From: Histomonas meleagridis 2922-C6/04-290x
Lineage: Eukaryota; Protista; Parabasalia
Direction: 5' to 3'
NCBI GenBank assembly: GCA_020184695.1
Contig: JAANOX010000274.1
Span: 1-38,491 of the forward strand
DNA: 38,491 bases
Each line of letters begins with the position of its first letter. Positions within the stretch are counted from its first letter, which is position 1. Positions 35,504-38,491 of the stretch are shown here, one piece after another. The translations under genes were made by a program, and so were the position numbers. The notes under the pieces are model-generated. The model ran no database searches. It was given only the letters and a program-made list of their open reading frames with translations, and had not been told where the DNA came from.

Positions 35504-38491
35504 ATGCAGATGGACGTTTCTTTTGCCGGTGAATGGGAAGAAGAAAAAAGTAATGTTGATTTTATCTCAAGAGGCCGTAGAACAGAAGCATATGTTCAAA
35601 GACCAGTCGCAATTGATTCTGACGGCATGGAAAACATCACAGATTTTTGGAATGCTGCAGGCAAAGATGAAGAAATATCCCAAGTTCCAACTCCGCTATT
35701 TAAGTCCAATCAAAAATCCACAATTTCTTTATCTCATTCAATACAAGATCCTCCTTCTGAAATTCCCGTATCACCAGAAATCTCTGAAAACGAAAACATT
35801 GAACCAGAAATTCCATCTGAATCTATTTCATTTCAGACTCCCAAACCACCCAATCCCAAACCTAATAAAACACGACCAAATCGACTTCCACGATACGTCG
35901 ATACAAATTCACCTTCTGATGGAATGACTCCTGCCATTAAAGCAGCCCATTCCATTCGTAATGTACGTGCCACACCTCCACCAACACCATCAACACCACA
36001 AATCACACCTCCATCTGCGAAAACTGAATCGCCACACCAAAAGAACAACACACCAAAGGCACCACAGCTTTCTGTTGGTGTACAGCCCACACCAGTCCAA
36101 AAATATGAACCACCACCTCAACGTGATTCCGTGTTTTCACGACTCAAAAATTACAAATTCGATGAACCACAAAACAAACACGAAGAAAACAATGAAAGAA
36201 TTCGTATACCACCAGATAACAAGCGACGTATTTCTCGATTAGATTCCGAAACCACAGAACAAGAGATTCCATCGATAATACCACAACGAACAGAAGAAGA
36301 AACTACGAAACGAAAATTCGATGACTTCAAACGCCCAAATTTTGAAGTATGGAAAGGGAACATAAACAATTTTGAAGAAATGGCTATACGCCAACGGAAC
36401 AATGACTTCAATGAACTTCTTGAAGATACATATAATGTGAAACGAATTCCAACATTACCAAATCGTATTTCACGCATTGAAGATAATTCCATGCGAATTG
36501 ATGACTTAATTCAACCGATTGAAGTTGAAGTTAAACAACAAATACCAAAACGATTTAATAATGAACAACGAAAAGATAAAACTGTTACTATTGGAGATGC
36601 ATATTCAGTTAATATACCGAAACGTTCGAGTGATATTTTTGATGAAAGTTTTAAAAGTTTTGGACATGTTCAACAAAATGAAAAACGAATTAATCGAATA
36701 TCAGAAGAAGATACAAATCCACAAATAAGTCCAATTATGTCATTTGATAATAATGAAAAGAAAAATATTCGAAATGTAAAAAAAGAAGAAAAAAAAGAAA
36801 TCGAAATTAAAAGAAGAGAAAATATATTCGAGAAAGATGAATATATAAAACCAAATTATGGAAATAATATAAGAAGAAGTCGACTTAATGATGATGAAAA
36901 TGGATTTAATGATGCAATTGAAGAAAGTTTGAAAAGAATTAATATAAATCAAATTGATGAAAGTGATAAAAAATTATTAAATAATTCGGAAGAAAATAAA
37001 GTTTTCGATGATAAAAAACAAAATCAAAAAATAAATAGAAAAAATGAAGAAGAAATATTTCAATTTGATGATGAAAGAAAATATTTTAATGCAAAAATTA
37101 AAAGTGAAAGAATTCGTAGACAAAATGATAATGACGTTTCTTATGAGAAAGAAGCAGAAGAAAATATGAAAAGAGTTCAATTCAATGAAAACGAAACATT
37201 TTTCGGTAACAGAACACAAAACGAAAGAAATGATAATGAAGAAAGAGAACAATTTAACGAAAGCAGAACATTTTTCCGCAAAAGAGCAAATAAGGAAAGA
37301 AATGATAATGAAGAAAGAGATCAATTTAACGAAAGCAGAACATTTTTCCGCAATAGAGCAAATAAGGAAAGAAATGATAATGAAGAAAGAGAACAATTTG
37401 ATGAAAACAGAACATTTTTCGGTAACAGAGCAAATAAGGAAAGAAATGATAATGAAGAAAGAGAACAATTTGATGAAAGCAGAACATTTTTCGGTAACAG
37501 AGAACAAAACATAAAGCGCGTACACTTCGACAATTCACAAAACGAAACGACTAAATTACAAAGCAATTTATATGTAAATGAAACAGAACAAAACATAAAG
37601 CGCGTACACTTCGACAATGCACAAAACGAAACGACTAAAGTACAAAGCAATTTATATGTAAATGAAACAGAACAAAACATAAAGCGCGTACACTTCGATG
37701 ATGCCCAAAACGAAATCGAGACACCGCGCATAGAGCGCGCAGAGCCTGCGATATTTAAGTCGGAGCCGCAGCCAACAAATGGCATATCGCGTCTAACGCG
37801 CATAGTTGACACGTCCGCAGTCTCATCGATGATCACTACGCCAATGAATGAGATGCAAATGTTATCCGAAGAAATCAACAACATCAAAACGAATGGTACA
37901 AACAATTCATTTCGGAATAATGTAACTAAATTTGAATTTAATCCGAGTACAACAAACATTCGTAATTCTCCATCGCCATCAGATAACGAAACATCGATAA
38001 TTGCTGAAGCATCTGATATCGAATCACCAATTCCATTAGATATATCTGATGACGATGTACAAATTACAGAAGGAATAAATGAAGAACGTGAACAACTACT
38101 TACATCACCTCCGCCAAGTAACATAACAAATGTTTCTGACTCTGAGTCAAGCGAATTAAACCTTTCGGACGTGCCATTCAGTGCAATAAATTCGCCTCCT
38201 TCAAAAAGTGATAACGTTCCACTTTCTGTGCCGTTATGGGACGAATCTGACAACGATCAACCAAAAGACGATGAAAATTTACAACAACAACATCAAAAGA
38301 ACGATAAAAATGTAAAGCAAAGAAATAGCCGACGTAAACGTATTCTTGATGGGATTAGTGTTACATTAACAGAAGATGATAATCTTCCAATTGCTTTACG
38401 TAAGAAAAGAAGACCTAAGACTAAGCCACTTCGGTTTTGGATGGGAGAAAAAATTATTTATCATCCAGATGAAAATGGATGTTTAACGAAA
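35504..38491 (+). CDS. CENP-C: CENP-C/Mif2-like kinetochore protein, 3'-partial (996 codons, open at the edge)
   Basis: Stop-free by manual translation; Mif2_N-like SRGRRTE...DSDGMENITDFW (35567-35650), long low-complexity middle, CENP-C motif LRKKRRPKTKPLRFWMGEKIIY (38396-38461). Confidence 0.78.
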   Translation, partial: MQMDVSFAGEWEEEKSNVDFISRGRRTEAYVQRPVAIDSDGMENITDFWNAAGKDEEISQVPTPLFKSNQKSTISLSHSIQDPPSEIPVSPEISENENIEPEIPSESISFQTPKPPNPKPNKTRPNRLPRYVDTNSPSDGMTPAIKAAHSIRNVRATPPPTPSTPQITPPSAKTESPHQKNNTPKAPQLSVGVQPTPVQKYEPPPQRDSVFSRLKNYKFDEPQNKHEENNERIRIPPDNKRRISRLDSETTEQEIPSIIPQRTEEETTKRKFDDFKRPNFEVWKGNINNFEEMAIRQRNNDFNELLEDTYNVKRIPTLPNRISRIEDNSMRIDDLIQPIEVEVKQQIPKRFNNEQRKDKTVTIGDAYSVNIPKRSSDIFDESFKSFGHVQQNEKRINRISEEDTNPQISPIMSFDNNEKKNIRNVKKEEKKEIEIKRRENIFEKDEYIKPNYGNNIRRSRLNDDENGFNDAIEESLKRININQIDESDKKLLNNSEENKVFDDKKQNQKINRKNEEEIFQFDDERKYFNAKIKSERIRRQNDNDVSYEKEAEENMKRVQFNENETFFGNRTQNERNDNEEREQFNESRTFFRKRANKERNDNEERDQFNESRTFFRNRANKERNDNEEREQFDENRTFFGNRANKERNDNEEREQFDESRTFFGNREQNIKRVHFDNSQNETTKLQSNLYVNETEQNIKRVHFDNAQNETTKVQSNLYVNETEQNIKRVHFDDAQNEIETPRIERAEPAIFKSEPQPTNGISRLTRIVDTSAVSSMITTPMNEMQMLSEEINNIKTNGTNNSFRNNVTKFEFNPSTTNIRNSPSPSDNETSIIAEASDIESPIPLDISDDDVQITEGINEEREQLLTSPPPSNITNVSDSESSELNLSDVPFSAINSPPSKSDNVPLSVPLWDESDNDQPKDDENLQQQHQKNDKNVKQRNSRRKRILDGISVTLTEDDNLPIALRKKRRPKTKPLRFWMGEKIIYHPDENGCLTK
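37187..37714 (+). repeat. In-frame coding tandem repeats in the CENP-C-like gene
   Basis: About 4.5 x 72 nt (ERNDNEEREQFNESRTFFRNRANK; starts 37223, 37295, 37367, 37439) followed by about 2.5 x 84 nt (EQNIKRVHFDN...; starts 37502, 37586, 37670). Confidence 0.92.

Noticed and set aside
37321-38253. 310-aa minus-strand ORF and other ORFs over 35463-37538
   Set aside because: These are antisense or alternate-frame shadows of the repetitive CENP-C-like ORF.

Overview
AT-rich, gene-dense, apparently intron-poor eukaryotic DNA in the standard genetic code. The gene content points to a parabasalid (Trichomonas/Tritrichomonas/Histomonas-like): BspA-type LRR surface protein, DUF3447-ankyrin family, divergent Rab, Inr-like motif. 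This assignment is inferred, not proven. Left to right: a decayed 1.76-kb pogo-like DDE transposon with 49-bp TIRs and TA target duplication; BspA-like gene; dynamin fragment; ubiquilin-like gene; importin-beta-like gene; DP; CSN6; atypical Rab in two inverted 1.7-kb copies; Hsp70-like protein with a C-terminal TM helix; 56-bp minisatellite; tandem coronin; TM-RING ligase; two coiled-coil genes; DH-domain RhoGEF; and a CENP-C/Mif2-like ORF running off the right edge (absent from the ORF track). The most unusual signal is shared by five ankyrin loci. Each ankyrin repeat is a 90-nt, usually stop-free coding module followed at the same position by a roughly 80-nt frame-breaking, T-rich spacer. 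The spacer is built from four 20-nt subunits and has no usable GT-AG or AT-AC boundaries, which suggests an unexplained removal, bypass or cassette mechanism. Many single-base frameshifts in conserved genes fall in homopolymers and are probably assembly errors.
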